DNA from: Octopus sinensis
Lineage: Eukaryota
DNA: 64,000 nucleotides
Assembly (NCBI RefSeq): GCF_006345805.1
Contig: NC_043018.1
Span: 12,896,001-12,960,000 of the forward strand
Direction of reading: 5' to 3'
This document shows positions 13,666 to 26,026 of the stretch, one piece after another (within the stretch, counting starts at the first letter, position 1; the number at the start of each line of letters is the position of its first letter). Below the pieces are notes generated by a model. The model saw only the letters and a program-made list of their open reading frames with translations. It was not told where the DNA came from and did no database searches. The position numbers and the translations under genes are program-made.

Positions 13666-14050
13666 ATATTTTATTGATATTTTGCAGAATATCAATCAGT
13701 TTTATTCATATTAATAACTATATTAATATTTAATATATTACAACCATCACCCCTATCCACAAAGCTTAGATTACTTGGCCCTTTTCTTAACAGATATTCA
13801 ATCCAGCTATATGGAAGTCAGTAGGCAATCCAATCAAATATATATTAATGTAGTAAATGACATATATTCCAAACATTTATCGCTTGTTTTACACATATAT
13901 ATATATATATATATATCAAGGTCAGTTCTTATTTTTAGCTCTGTGTGCTAAATTGTCATGTAAAGTATGTCAGGAGAAAAGGAAAACAAGCAACAAAACC
14001 AGCAACAAATCTCAGATTGGGTATATTGTTGTTGTATGTAGAGATGAGGT

Positions 14051-14087
<37 letters not shown>

Positions 14088-14244
14088 TTATTGCTGAAAG
14101 GTTGTATGTTATCAAAAGATATTGAGTTCAAATTCATAATCTCTTTTAATATATCATGGTACTTGATAATAAATAAAGCTTGATATAGAATATATTTATG
14201 TTTAATCTATCTCTCTCTCTCTATATATATATAAATATATATAA

Positions 14245-14310
<66 letters not shown>

Positions 14311-14870
14311 CGTATTTCGGGATGTTTTTTTTTTTTTTATTTTTGGCAAAAAAATGACTATCCTGAAATTATGCCAAGATGGAAAATGGACGTTAAATGA
14401 TGATGATGACGATGATGTTTCAACACACGGTTTCTCATCAGGAATCTTGCAACACAAATTCATCAACATAATGTGTGTGTGTGTGTTGTGTGTGTGTGTG
14501 TGTGTGGTGTGTGTGTGTGTGTGTAAGATATATAAGGTATATATATTTATACATCTTATATATAATTATTAATTTTGCCTATACGGCTTTTACACTCATG
14601 GTCACTAACATTATCATATTTAGGAATAATAATGTTCTCTTATATTTATATATGTAGAATATGGAGGGTTTAGTTCACTTGTGATCTAAACGAATAGGTA
14701 TGCTGGGTAGGTGCTGTAGTAGGTCCACCTTTAGGTTCCAAAATCACTGCTAAGACTGGATCTAGGGATCCATGCTAGGGTTCCATTTTAGCAGGTATAT
14801 ATTATATTATAGGAAAAATCAAAACCAAGGAAGAAACAGTATCTCCAGTCATTTATAATGATTTAATTTG

Positions 14871-15464
14871 ATGGAGTGGCCACCGTGTTTCCCTGACTTA
14901 AACCTGATTGAGGACCCGAAGAGTGTCCTCAAGAGATGCGTGTACCAAGATGGGTGGCAGTTTTCAAGTAAATTGCCCTCCGGGATGTTATTTTAGATGC
15001 TGCTCAAAGCTTGACACAAGAAGGTATCACCACCTTGACAAATCCAATGGATCAGCACGTAAGGGAGGCTATTGCATGTGGAGGATCACACATGAAACAT
15101 TAGGGGCTGTATCACATCAGAGTCCCATGATTATTTTCATTCGAATGTATTATTATGTTTACCATTAAGTCCTTTATGAATATTTTTTTTTTTTGTTAAA
15201 CTTTTACTGTTGAATGAAATAAACGTTTGTCCTGAGTCAGTCATCATTTTTATTAGAGTTGCCTAAAAACCTGTGACGGTGAAACTGTTGCCCAATCACA
15301 AAAACGGGTGCCATTTGTTGGTGTCTGGGCAGATCCAATTTATTTGAACAGAATTTGCAAAGATAGGTGTTGCCAACAGTCAGGGGGAAAACAACTGGTT
15401 TTGAATGAATATACATTTATTTCTTGAGAGAAAGCTGATCTGCCTAATAATGTGGGACACAGTG
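14871..15464 (+). mobile_element. Tc1-like transposon 3' part (transposase C-terminus and right TIR)
   Basis: MEWPPCFPDLNLIED (WPxxSPDLNPIE motif)...GGSHMKH*; right end tgcctaataatgtgggacacagtg followed by TA. Not in the ORF track. Confidence 0.75.
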
Positions 15465-15550
15465 TATGTACAACCAGAGATGTACAAATTCATAAATACT
15501 CAGTCGTTAGTATTTCAATTGTCAAGATATCAGAATAAGATACTCTAAAT

Positions 15551-15818
15551 TAGTGGTTTCCAAAGTAGGTGGTATTGCCCCCCCCCCCCCTTGGGTGGGG
15601 AGGCATTGAAGAAAAATGGGGTGATGATGGGGTAACCAAAAGGGGTTGATGGATATAAGGAAAAAAACAAAATAATAGGTTAATTGGGTTAAGTTTTATT
15701 TGTGAAATACAGTTTTGAATTTGCTGCAGAAAGTGGTCTCTGTTTGTAGGGGTGAATAGTGGGTGGGCCCCTAGGAATGTGGCCTGGGTGCCTGCTTGAA
15801 ATATTTTGGGAACCACTG
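15551..15818. mobile_element. hAT-type MITE
   Basis: Termini tagtggtttccaaa / tttgggaaccactg; flanks ctctaaat and ttctaaca match 5/8, a decayed 8-bp TSD. Confidence 0.55.
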
Positions 15819-17872
15819 TTCTAACATAATAGAATTCAATGAAGACGGTAGAGATATTCTCACAACTGTTTATGACATACTGCCTTTTTTTTTTTATCTC
15901 TATTAGTTTTAATTGATTTTGTTTTCCATTTCCAGATGAATAGTGTTGAATAGGTGGCGCTGGGGTAGAATAATTCATTGAATCAATTGAATTAGGTTTT
16001 ACTTGATGGGTTCAGCTATTTCCACTCTGATTCATTAGCTTTGCTAAAATCATTAGGGTTAATCATCAACAGGTGTTTCTGATTACAAAAGAGGAAAATA
16101 TTTGTGCAAGTCTTACTTTTTTCCATTTTCTGAGCTGGCAGCGGAAGGCAGCAAGGGGACAAAATTATCAGAGCATCAGAAAAATGCCCTACAATATTTC
16201 ATCTCGGTCTCTACATTTTGAATTCAGATCTCACCAAGGTCAATTTTGCTCTCTCGTCCTTCTGCAAGTGTTAAAATAATGGTCGGTCAATAGGGTCAAT
16301 GATGTTGGGTCATCCTCTTCCCTTTAAAATTGCTGGCCTTGTACCAAAATCATAAACTTCTATTTATTTTGCTGTTTGAATTTTATTTTTCAGTTGTGAA
16401 TAGATGGAATGTAATTTCGTTGCATAAAGTAAATACAAATAGCGATTAATTGATATATCGATTTGTTAATTGGTTCTGTGTGTGTTAAAGCCTATTCTCA
16501 GTAATTAAGATACCAAACTGCTTGCTAAATGTTATTGACAAGGAAGGCTTTTTTCTTTCTTCTTTTTTTTTATTTTGTTTTTTTTTTCTTTCTGTGTAAC
16601 GTTTGCATGAGATGATGTGTTAAGAAGTGTGACAGCAAGACATGGGTATTGAATATAGAAGATTCCAGTGAGAAAAGAGTTAAGTATTCTCTGTTGGATG
16701 TGCAAAGTAATTAGCATGAAAGGCAGAACGCAAATGCACCAGGAAAGCAGTTAGGCAGAAGAGTCGTGTGCAAGATGTGTAGGAATAGCAGCTGCATTAG
16801 TATGCACATGTGATGTGCAGAATGGATGTGGATGCTGGGTGTAAGACAATGACATATGTTGACGGTAGAAAATATGGCCAAGGAAAATATGGTAGAAATA
16901 AAAGTGTTGAAGCCTGTCTTTTGAGATATTTGACCCCCACAGGCAAGTCGACAAAAAGATTGAGAGGATTAGAAGCATCTACTCGGTTTAAGTGCATGCA
17001 ATTGCACACGTCTAAATATGCACGTGCCCCTCCCTCACCCCACATTTTTGTTCCTGTTGGTTTTGAATGGGAGTTGAGCAGAATAAGGTGCTGCACACCA
17101 ATGCCAGTGCAGACTCAGCTAAACCATGTCTGGAGTGGAAAATAGGCATTATCGATATGATGCTAGAGGCGTTGGCAATGGTGGTGATGATGATGATGAT
17201 GATGATGAGTGTTTCTCTGTGTGTGTGTGTGTGTGTGAGAATCACAAGAGTGGTAAGCAGCTGATCAATACTCCTTTACCTGGCTTTCCTTGTGAGAAAA
17301 TTTTTTCCTCTCACCAATGGAAGCTAACTAGACCTTTGATTAATAATTAAAAGCATAGTAGAGTGACAGGACAGTTGACTGTTCCTAGACTGTTTTTATT
17401 TAATGTTTTATTTTCTATATCCTCATTGTGAATTCATAGAACACTAGGACTATATTGTATTATTCCTATGGATAATACAATTGTATTGAGGCATGATTCA
17501 AGGAATCAAAGTCCTCTTCAAAAATTCATCAACCTTGTTCATCATCATCATTTTATGTTTGCCTGGATTGAGTAGGTTATCACTTGTTGAGTCACCTCCC
17601 CATGGCTCCTTAGACTAAGTGCTCATTGTGTCATTTGGCTTCTTAATGCCATCCATTTTACAGAGTGTACTAGGTGCAGTTTGTGTTTTTTTGTGGCAAT
17701 AAAAAGAGGTTGGATAGGCCATAATAAAACAAGATTAGTGGGACCTCCTAACCCTTTGCTGTCTCTGCTCATTTAACCAACCATTGTAAGTGTGAACAGT
17801 GGATGTAGAAGATTGTGCGCTTTGTATACAGTAAATGTTAATATGGAAAGGGGAACAATGAAGACAGAAAGG

Positions 17873-19000
17873 CAGAGATGGGCATTGCTAATCGAAATGT
17901 TAACTACGTTGATTTGTTAACCAAAAAATGAACTTTGTTCAGTGTTAATCCATTAATTCTTTGAAAATGTAACAGAAGTTAATGTTAATCCATTAACTTT
18001 TATTGAAAAAGGGCATAACTACAGTTATGTTGCCTCATAATTTCCAGAAAATTGGATACTTTTTAATGAAACTTTCACCAAATAGTCGCTTATATCCTGT
18101 AGATTGAGTGGATATAAAGATATGTTGAAAAAAAAAAATTTCCGAGGGGTTGGGGAGAGGAGTTTCAGAAAATTCATAGGACCCGACATTTTCCCCACTC
18201 ATAACTTTCTGGAAAATAGGTATTTTTTAATGAAATTTTATACAAATATCTTTCAAACAGTGTAGATTATGATTACAAACAAATTTGTAGGCAAAATGTT
18301 TGGAAGGGGGGCTGGATGGGGAGAAGAATTTCTGGAAAATGGAGTTTCGGATCAGACAGCCCCCATAAGTTGGAATTTATCTGTTTTGACAGGAATTTTT
18401 TCCATTGTTTTTCAACAAAGTCTTCATAAAGATAGGAGGCACCTTTTCATGAAAAAAAAGAAAAAACTTAATTTCTTTTTCACTCCTGCCACCCGCTTAC
18501 CACCACAATCTGAAACGATTTTGGTCATTTTATTCTTTCACTACTGTTAGAGAAACATTTTCTGTTTAAAAACGATATTGTTCATAATTTCAGAGGAAAA
18601 TATGTGATTTAAGGGAGATCTGGCTGTTGCTTCTAGCACATCCCAAAACCTCCCTCCTCATTTCTCTCTCAATCACACATCTATTCATATTTTTCAATAT
18701 TTTTCTCCCTATAAGCAAATTTTATGGAATGATGTTGTGAAAATAACACACATGCAGCCCCAACCAAACGAAGCCGTGTTATATGTGTAAGAAAACAAAA
18801 ACACCCAACAATGATGCGGACAATATTAAATATGCTAAGACAATCTGAAAACAATAGAAATTTTTAAGGTTTACCTGTTTTTATGAAATTTTGGGGTTAA
18901 TGGATCTGAGTTAACGGAAGCTAAATGTAATGGAAGTTAATTAGTCTGATAATGATATTCAAAGTTAACTTCATTAATTAAGGATTAATGGATAGCTCTG
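17873..19000. mobile_element. Unclassified non-autonomous DNA element with subterminal GTTAA-rich repeats and an internal duplicated unit
   Basis: CAGAG...CTCTG ends, repeated gttaac/gttaatccattaa near both ends, and related units starting about 18035 and 18200 (cataa..t.c.gaaaat.gg.a.tttttaatgaaa.ttt). No TSD found. Confidence 0.35.
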
Positions 19001-19044
19001 TATATATGTATGTATATGTGTGTGTGTGTGTGTGTGTGTATATA

Positions 19045-19526
19045 TCATCATCATCATCATCGTTTAACGTCCGTTCTCCATGCTAGCATGGGTTGGACGG
19101 TTCGACCGGGGATCTGGGAAGCCAGAAGGCTGCACCAGGCTCCAGTCTTATCTGGCAATGTTTCTACAGCTGGATGCCCTTCCTAACGCCAACCACTCCG
19201 TGAGTGTAGTGGGTGCTTTTTACGTGCCACCTGCACAGGTGCCAGGCGAGGCTGGCAACAGCCACGGTCGGATTGGTGTATTTTATGTGCCACCGGCATG
19301 GAAGCCAGTCGAGGCGCCCCTGGCATCGGCCACGAGTCGGATAGTGCTTTTTATGTACCACCAGACCAGGGATCCTGGCTGGTTCAATTCGATTTCGATT
19401 TCGCTTGCCCCAACATGTCTTCGCAAGCAAAGGGGGTTGGCATGGGTGCCTGTCGTACGGTTGGATTGGTGTATTTTACGTGCCACCTGCACAGAAGCCA
19501 GTGGAGGCGGCGCTGGCATCAGCCAC
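19045..19526 (-). mobile_element. Young GAT-tailed retroposon (RTE 3' UTR family) with internal tandem ACGTGCCAC units
   Basis: (TCA)n tail at left, core cagctggatgcccttcctaacgccaacc, CpGs retained. Decayed copies at about 3560-3800, 12229-12380, 19603-19800, 20665-20770, 48130-48360 and 61788-61948. Confidence 0.85.
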
Positions 19527-21006
19527 ATATATATATATATATATATATATAAATATATATAAACATCTGTTATAGTGATATGTTAGAACCTATTCCATGG
19601 TATCATCATCATCATCATTTGATGTCCGTCTTCCATACTTGTATGGGTAGGAATGATGACAGGAGCCAGCCAGATAGAGAAACTACCCTAGGCTACTGTG
19701 TCTGTTTTGGTAGGGATTTTACAGCTGGATGCCCTTCCTAACACCAACCACCCCACACAGTGGACTGGATGCTTTTAATGTGGCACCAGCACTGGCAGGG
19801 TAACCAATTAACTCACAAGACAAGGAATTATGAGAGGGGAGGGGGGGCACTTGTGGAGGGGAACTTGTGTCAGAGGATGAAAGGTTAGAATGTGACAAAG
19901 AGTCAGAGGTACAGAAGCAGGGGTCCTGCCACAACAGAGGGGGGCATTAGAGGAGGGTATTCAGTATCCAATGATGAAAGGTTAGAGTCTGACAGAGAAA
20001 TAGAGAGGCAGAAATAGGTGTCTTGCTATGGAGGAGGTTCATGGTTATCCAGTGAGAGAGAGAGAGAGAGGTACAGAAAGGGGCCAGAAACAAGTGTGCT
20101 GATGTAAAGAGATACAATATGTAGGGAAATGCATTGAGCACATATTCATTTTCACTGTTGTCCACAAAATCTGACCATCAGTTTCTGAGCTTAATCTAGA
20201 ATATATTAAGCTCTAATATTTATGGTTATTTCTCTTGCTTAACCACGTCTCCTCAATCAGTTCATCCGTCTCATAATCCCCTTATGTCAAAGGATTGAAT
20301 TGTGTTATCAACACCAAAAGCAAAGGTGAAATACAACAATGATTAACAGATTCATGTTCAAATCTGCTGTATCATATTGGTTTCAAATTTTAACACAAGG
20401 CCAGCAATGTTGGTGATGGGGGTAAGTTGATTACATTGACCTCAGTGCTCAAATGGTACTTATTTTGGGTTCAAAAGGATGAAAGGCAAAATCAATCTTG
20501 GTAGAATTTGAACTCAGACCATAAAGATGAACAAAATACCACTGAGTATTTTGCATGGTTGCTAAAGATTCTGCCAGCTTGTTGCCCCAGTGTGCTGTTT
20601 CGAATATCAAGAATCAATATCTACATTACCATTCTTATTTTTGCTGTTTTATGTACACAAGGTCATTTATCATCGTCCCCATCGTTTAACATCCATTTTC
20701 CATGCCTGCATGGGCCAGATGGAGTTTTATTGTAGCAGATTTTCTGAGGCTGGATGCTCCTTCCCATCGCCAATCCATACCTGTTTCCAAACACACATAT
20801 ATATTGAAGGTCTTCTTTCAGTTTCTGTCTACCAAATCCATCCACAAATCTTTGGTTGGCCCAGAGCTATAAGCAGAAGACGCTTGCCCATGTCGCCAAG
20901 TAGTGGGACTGAACCTAGACTCATGTGGTTGAGAGGCAAACTTCTTACAACACAATCACATTTGCATCTATCTATGTGTGTATGTATGTATGTATGTATG
21001 TATATA

Positions 21007-21040
<34 letters not shown>

Positions 21041-21044
21041 CACA

Positions 21045-22306
21045 CAGGGTGTCCCAAAATTAAGGCAACCAACTTTTTTTAATTTTGCCAAAGCAAAATA
21101 TTGTTTTATTTCGGGTCCAAGCATTGCAATGGTAAAGGAAACCCAATTATTACACGACCACGTTTATTGGATATGACCACTTCTGTTTTGAATCACAACT
21201 TTAAGTCTAGGTGCAAATGCTTCACACATGGCATGCAACCGTTCTTGCAGAATTGAAGCCCATTCCTGGGGCAGTTTTGCTTTCAGAGTGTCGAGTGAAG
21301 CATGAGTTGTGCTTGAGACTCTTGTCTCCAAAATGGACCGTCAGAAAAATCCAACGGGTTGAGATCGGGGCTTCTTGAGGGCCATATCTTGCCTATGAAT
21401 GACGGAATGTTTTTCTGAATCCAGTGTTGTGTCTTTTTGGAACTGTGGGACGGTGCCTTGTCCTATTGGAGGCTCTGAGGTGTGCCTTGAAAGTGCTCAT
21501 TCACCCATCGAAGCAGTTCAGCTTCCAGAATGTTGCTAATGTATCACTGGGTGTTAATTTTAACACCTGAGGGCACAAAAAAGAGGGGAGACCTTCCAGT
21601 GCCTGTCACAGCTGCCCAAACCATAACTGGCTGTAGATTTTGATGTCAGTTTACGAGTCTACCCTCGATGGAGCCAGATACACCCCAAAGTTGGTCATTC
21701 TGGTGGTTTACTGTCTGTTCAATGTCAAATTTCTTTTCATCAGTGAACCCCAGGTTGGGCAGCATACCTTCAGCAATCTGACGCAGGAGAAGACAACTTC
21801 TCTCCAGTCTCATGGCCTTATAAACTTGCATGAGCTTATGACAGCAGATCATCTTGTAAGGGTGGGTCCTGATATCCTCCTTCAGCACTTGATACACCGA
21901 TGTCTGGCTTATTTTTGTTGTGGCAGCCAGTTTTCTGATAGAATGACGAGGATTTCGCTATGTCTTTTCTCTGGTACTTTTGATAAGCTGAGGTGTCTGT
22001 GCACTTGTTTTTCAGTTACGTCAAGTTCAATCACCAGTGAAACCCGTCTCTTGAAATTTCTTGACAGTTTTTCAGACTGTTGTTCTGTTAATCTTAAGCC
22101 TTTATTGCTAAAGCTGTTTTACTTTCACCTCCTTTGTGGAAGGTTATGATTATGTTTTACTCTATAGCCATTATCTAATTTATAAATCTGAATATATTTA
22201 GTCTGAAACAAAAAGGAGACACACTATGCTTCTATAATGATGTATAATTTTCATATCTTATCACATTTATTGATAGTTATTAAAGCCTTAATTTTGGAAC
22301 ATTTTG
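21045..22306 (-). mobile_element. maT (DD37D-like) Tc1/mariner transposon, near full length, defective
   Basis: TIRs cagggtgtcccaaaattaaggc (21045) and gccttaattttggaacattttg (22285-22306). Minus-strand FTDEKKF (ORF 21646..21897), Q*DKAPSH and SPDLNPLDF (third catalytic residue D). Confidence 0.85.
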
Positions 22307-22329
22307 TGTGTGTATGTGTATATATATAT

Positions 22330-22365
<36 letters not shown>

Positions 22366-22699
22366 GTGAGAGATGACGAGTAAGGTTTTACTTTGTTTTG
22401 TTACTCAAGAAAACTGGAGAAAGCAGTGAGTTATGTGCCTTGCACTCAGTGCATTGTGTGGTTAACATAAGATTTGAATTTATAAATTTAAATATCTTGT
22501 AGAACATTGTAAATTTCAATTATGCTCAAAATCTTGCTGGAAGCCAACCTTTCCTTTCATCTTTATAAGGTCAATGAAGTATCAATCAATTAGAAATCAA
22601 CTTAATTGATTATTACTCCCTCCCCACAAATTTGAAACTTGTTAGATTTCGTTATTATAAAATAACTATTACGACTGTTGTCGCTGTGCATCATATTTC

Positions 22700-24760
22700 A
22701 CCGATACACCTCCTGATAGAAGCCTAAACTTTGTGCCCTTCACCAGGGCCTGTAGAAAGGGTGTTCAGTCAGTACATTAATCTTGTATCCTAGAGAACTA
22801 TGGAGGAGCCCATGGCTACATTGCTCCCTAAAAAAGAGGAACAAACAAAAATTCAGTCCTTTGAATTTTGCAAGGACCCTCCCACTCCCAGGGCCTGATA
22901 GTAAGTCTTGTTCTACTTTGCCAAATTTCTCTTTGAGGTCACTCACTATCAAGTTGGAAAAATTCAAGATACATAACATCTTTAAGGTGTTATTTCTCTC
23001 AGATCCAGCTAAAAACTTTGTTTCATGACAAGGAACAGCAACCCTCACCTCTGGACGAATTCACATAGGGACCAGGCCATTTGAAGTTATTTAAATGGCC
23101 CAATCCATGGTTCTGTACAACTTGTTTCTAATTAGGCACCAACCCAATTTGAAGTTATTCAACTTAAAAATTGATAAAACCTCTGAACATTCTCTTTAGA
23201 CATGATGGGTGTTCTGTAGCTAAGAGGACACTCACATTAAATATTCTGCCAAAAAAAAAAAAAAAATGGTGCTATTGAGACAACTCGAACAAAGGTGCAG
23301 CACTTTGAAGGTGTTCATCAGAAATTACTCAAATATTTTATTCTGCTTGACCAGAGAATTGTAAATTAACTCATCTCTTCCTCTATTACTTAAAATCATC
23401 TGCAGCCCTCTACAATCTACTTCCTTCCACAAATCCACATACCCCGACAAGTTAGCATGCTCTGTTGTCCCCGTCAGTAGTGACCCCACTGAGCTGCTTT
23501 CTAATTATTTGATTAATTTATATTGTCATCTGTTGTTGATGCACCCCCCCCCCACTATCCTATATAATCAACACTAACCAGACGCTTGATAGTTTTACTT
23601 TTTAATTCCTTACTGGACCCTTCCAACTTCTCCATATGTCATCTGCAGTGGTGGCTCTCAACCACTTTGTTGCTATGAACTCCTTTGATTCCCATTTCAC
23701 TCAGAAAGGAGACCACAGAGCCAGTCAATGCCCCAAAAGATCCTACTATTATATTTTTATAATTAAATATTATTAGGAATTGTATAAAAAAAATTTAAAT
23801 ATTTTGAGTATTGTAGAAGAAAAACCAGATAATTTTAACAAAATCTTATGTGGATCCCCAAGGGCCATATGGACCCCAGTTGAAAAACCACTGGTCATCT
23901 GCAACGACAATGCCTGGTCAGCACTACTTCTTTTAACTACTGGTCCATACTTTTGAAACCAGTCCCACTGCTCTTCTTCATATCACTTTAAATTGCTTTT
24001 CCATTTCTGGTGAGTTTTACTAATTAACAGAATTGGTTATTATTCTCATTCCACTAGATTCCCTGTCCCCTCTCTTGTCTCATAATTTCTTTAACTTCTG
24101 TTATACTTCTTTCCACATAACTATCCTAGTTAAGTTGAAGATGCTGGGTCTCAACAATACTGAGCTGTCAACAGAATTATTGCATTCTTGACATCCATAC
24201 ATATACCAACACTCTGAATTCCTTTCTCTAACTACCCTAACCTTTTACTAGGCACCGTCTTTCTCAACTTCTGCTTTTTACTTCCTAACTCTGAAACCAA
24301 ACGTTCTTTCCAAAACTTCACTTCACCGACTTCAAAAGAGTCAAAAATCTACTTGATCTTTTAGCCAGGGTCTCTTTTGTTTCCAACCCTATCCTGCTCA
24401 TAATCTCACCGTAGTACCTTATCCGTCCCTTTTATCTCCTACATCACAAATCAGAATGTCTCAAAATCCCGGTTTCACGTCATTGACAACATTCAACTTC
24501 ATCACTACCGACTTCATTTACTACGCCACAAGCCCTATAATACTCCCCAGTATAGACGCAATCGCGTTGTCTGGGTGCCATATTGTCAACATTTCCAAAG
24601 AGACGTTGACAGTAAGCCTGTCTGCAGACCCGTGCTTTAGTATTCCAGTTCGTCGTGCTTACTCTGCAGAGTAGCCATCTACTTGTGGTATCACCTCAAA
24701 CCACAGTTCTTCTCACACTCACAAACACAAGTATGTCATCTTTTGTACCTGGATAAAAAG
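22700..24760 (-). mobile_element. Degenerate CR1-like LINE 5' portion (ORF1 region and endonuclease start)
   Basis: Minus strand: Cys-rich ACGVVNEVGSDEVECCQ near 24480-24550 (PHD-like), then NV-RG near 23180, CTEPWI (cf. TETWL) near 23110 and RGEG-LLFLV (cf. RGGGV) near 23040, with frameshifts. Confidence 0.45.
23646..23893. mobile_element. hAT-type MITE with perfect 8-bp TSD
   Basis: Ends cagtggt...tctcaacc / gttgaaaaaccactg; identical GTCATCTG at 23638-23645 and 23894-23901. Confidence 0.9.
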
Positions 24761-25619
24761 TTTCCTTTGACCTAAAACTCGCCCTTCTCCTCAACCCTTT
24801 TGAAGTCCCGCTGTTGGTTTGTTACCCTCAAGCGTTTGTTTGCCTGTCTACATGTGAATGCACATACATAAGTTTCTATGTAATTTTTTTGTTAATCATC
24901 GTACACCCACGTTGTTCTTTCTTTTAAAAATAAAGCATTTAGACCTACAGTCCTCCTCTCTCTATTTTCGTCTTATTTTTTCCTTCCTTTCTCTAACCAT
25001 CTTTCCATCAATTGTCTGCGTGCTTTTGGCATGTGGTATGTGTGTATGTACTGTGCATATATATATATATATATATTAATGTGTCATTGGCTGTGCCTTT
25101 TACCAACGTTAACTACTTACTAGTTCATAATCCCTTTAACTATTCATTCTCTCTTCACACGTACGTGTATATATATATATACACATGTGCGTGTGGTGTA
25201 TAGATGAGAATCTGATACATCATTTCACGTTCCTCCTCCTCCTCCTCCTATTATTTTCTGCCTAGTTACTTAGGTCATTGACCGACCACATGCTTAATGT
25301 ATGGTTATCTCCCCTTCCTCCAACTCTCTCCTTTCTCCTTTCTTCTCCTTCCACTCCTCCTCCTCCCTCCTTTTGCAGCTTTCTCACAAACTCCATCTCA
25401 TTACGTTCTCGTCGTAGTTTCGCATCTCCCCCCCCCCTGCTGCTACAGTTTGGACTTGTCTGTTTCAAAAAACAGCACCTTATCACCTTTATGTGTGGTG
25501 TACACACACACACACATATATATATTTTTATCTTTTACTTGTTTCAGTAATTCAACTGCGGCGATGCTGGGGCATCGCCCTGAACAATTTGTCAAAAAAA
25601 AAAATATATATATATATAT

Positions 25620-25798
25620 ATATGCTTTATTTAAAAGCAGCAGAAATTCAACAAAACCTGTTACTCTGAGTTTCACGTTGAAACTCAGAGTAACAGGTTT
25701 TGTTAAATTTCTGCTGCTTTTAAATAAAGCATATTACTCTACCCCTGGTATTTGAGTACTCTTTTTTCCACATTGTTTCACATTTATGTGTTTACTCC

Positions 25799-25800
<2 letters not shown>
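25620..25800. mobile_element. Penelope-like terminal repeat fragment with 56-bp-arm palindrome
   Basis: Arms 25620-25675 and 25679-25734 pair with one mismatch (25649/25705). The adjacent ttactctacccctggtatttgagtact... recurs inverted at 27519-27580. The Penelope assignment is inference. Confidence 0.6.
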
Positions 25801-25841
<41 letters not shown>

Positions 25842-25850
25842 TGGGAAAGA

Positions 25851-26026
25851 CTGGTTTATGGGATTACCTTAAGTTTCTCGTCCATAAAGGGTTTAGCTTT
25901 ATGGTGTTGGCCCATGACCTCTTATTTTTATGAGGTCATGGGCCAACAGGTTTTTGGGATCTGACGATACACCATATAAGCTAAATCCTTTATGGACGGG
26001 AAACCTAAGGTATTTCCATAAACCGG
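25851..26026. repeat. Fold-back element with about 55-bp inverted arms and an internal 17-bp stem
   Basis: ggtttatgggattacc...atggtgt pairs with acaccat...ccataaacc; internal tgttggcccatgacctc / gaggtcatgggccaaca is a perfect stem (25905-25948). Confidence 0.9.

Noticed and set aside
16810-17145. 111-aa non-repetitive ORF
   Set aside because: No domain similarity or splice support; the length is within chance expectation.
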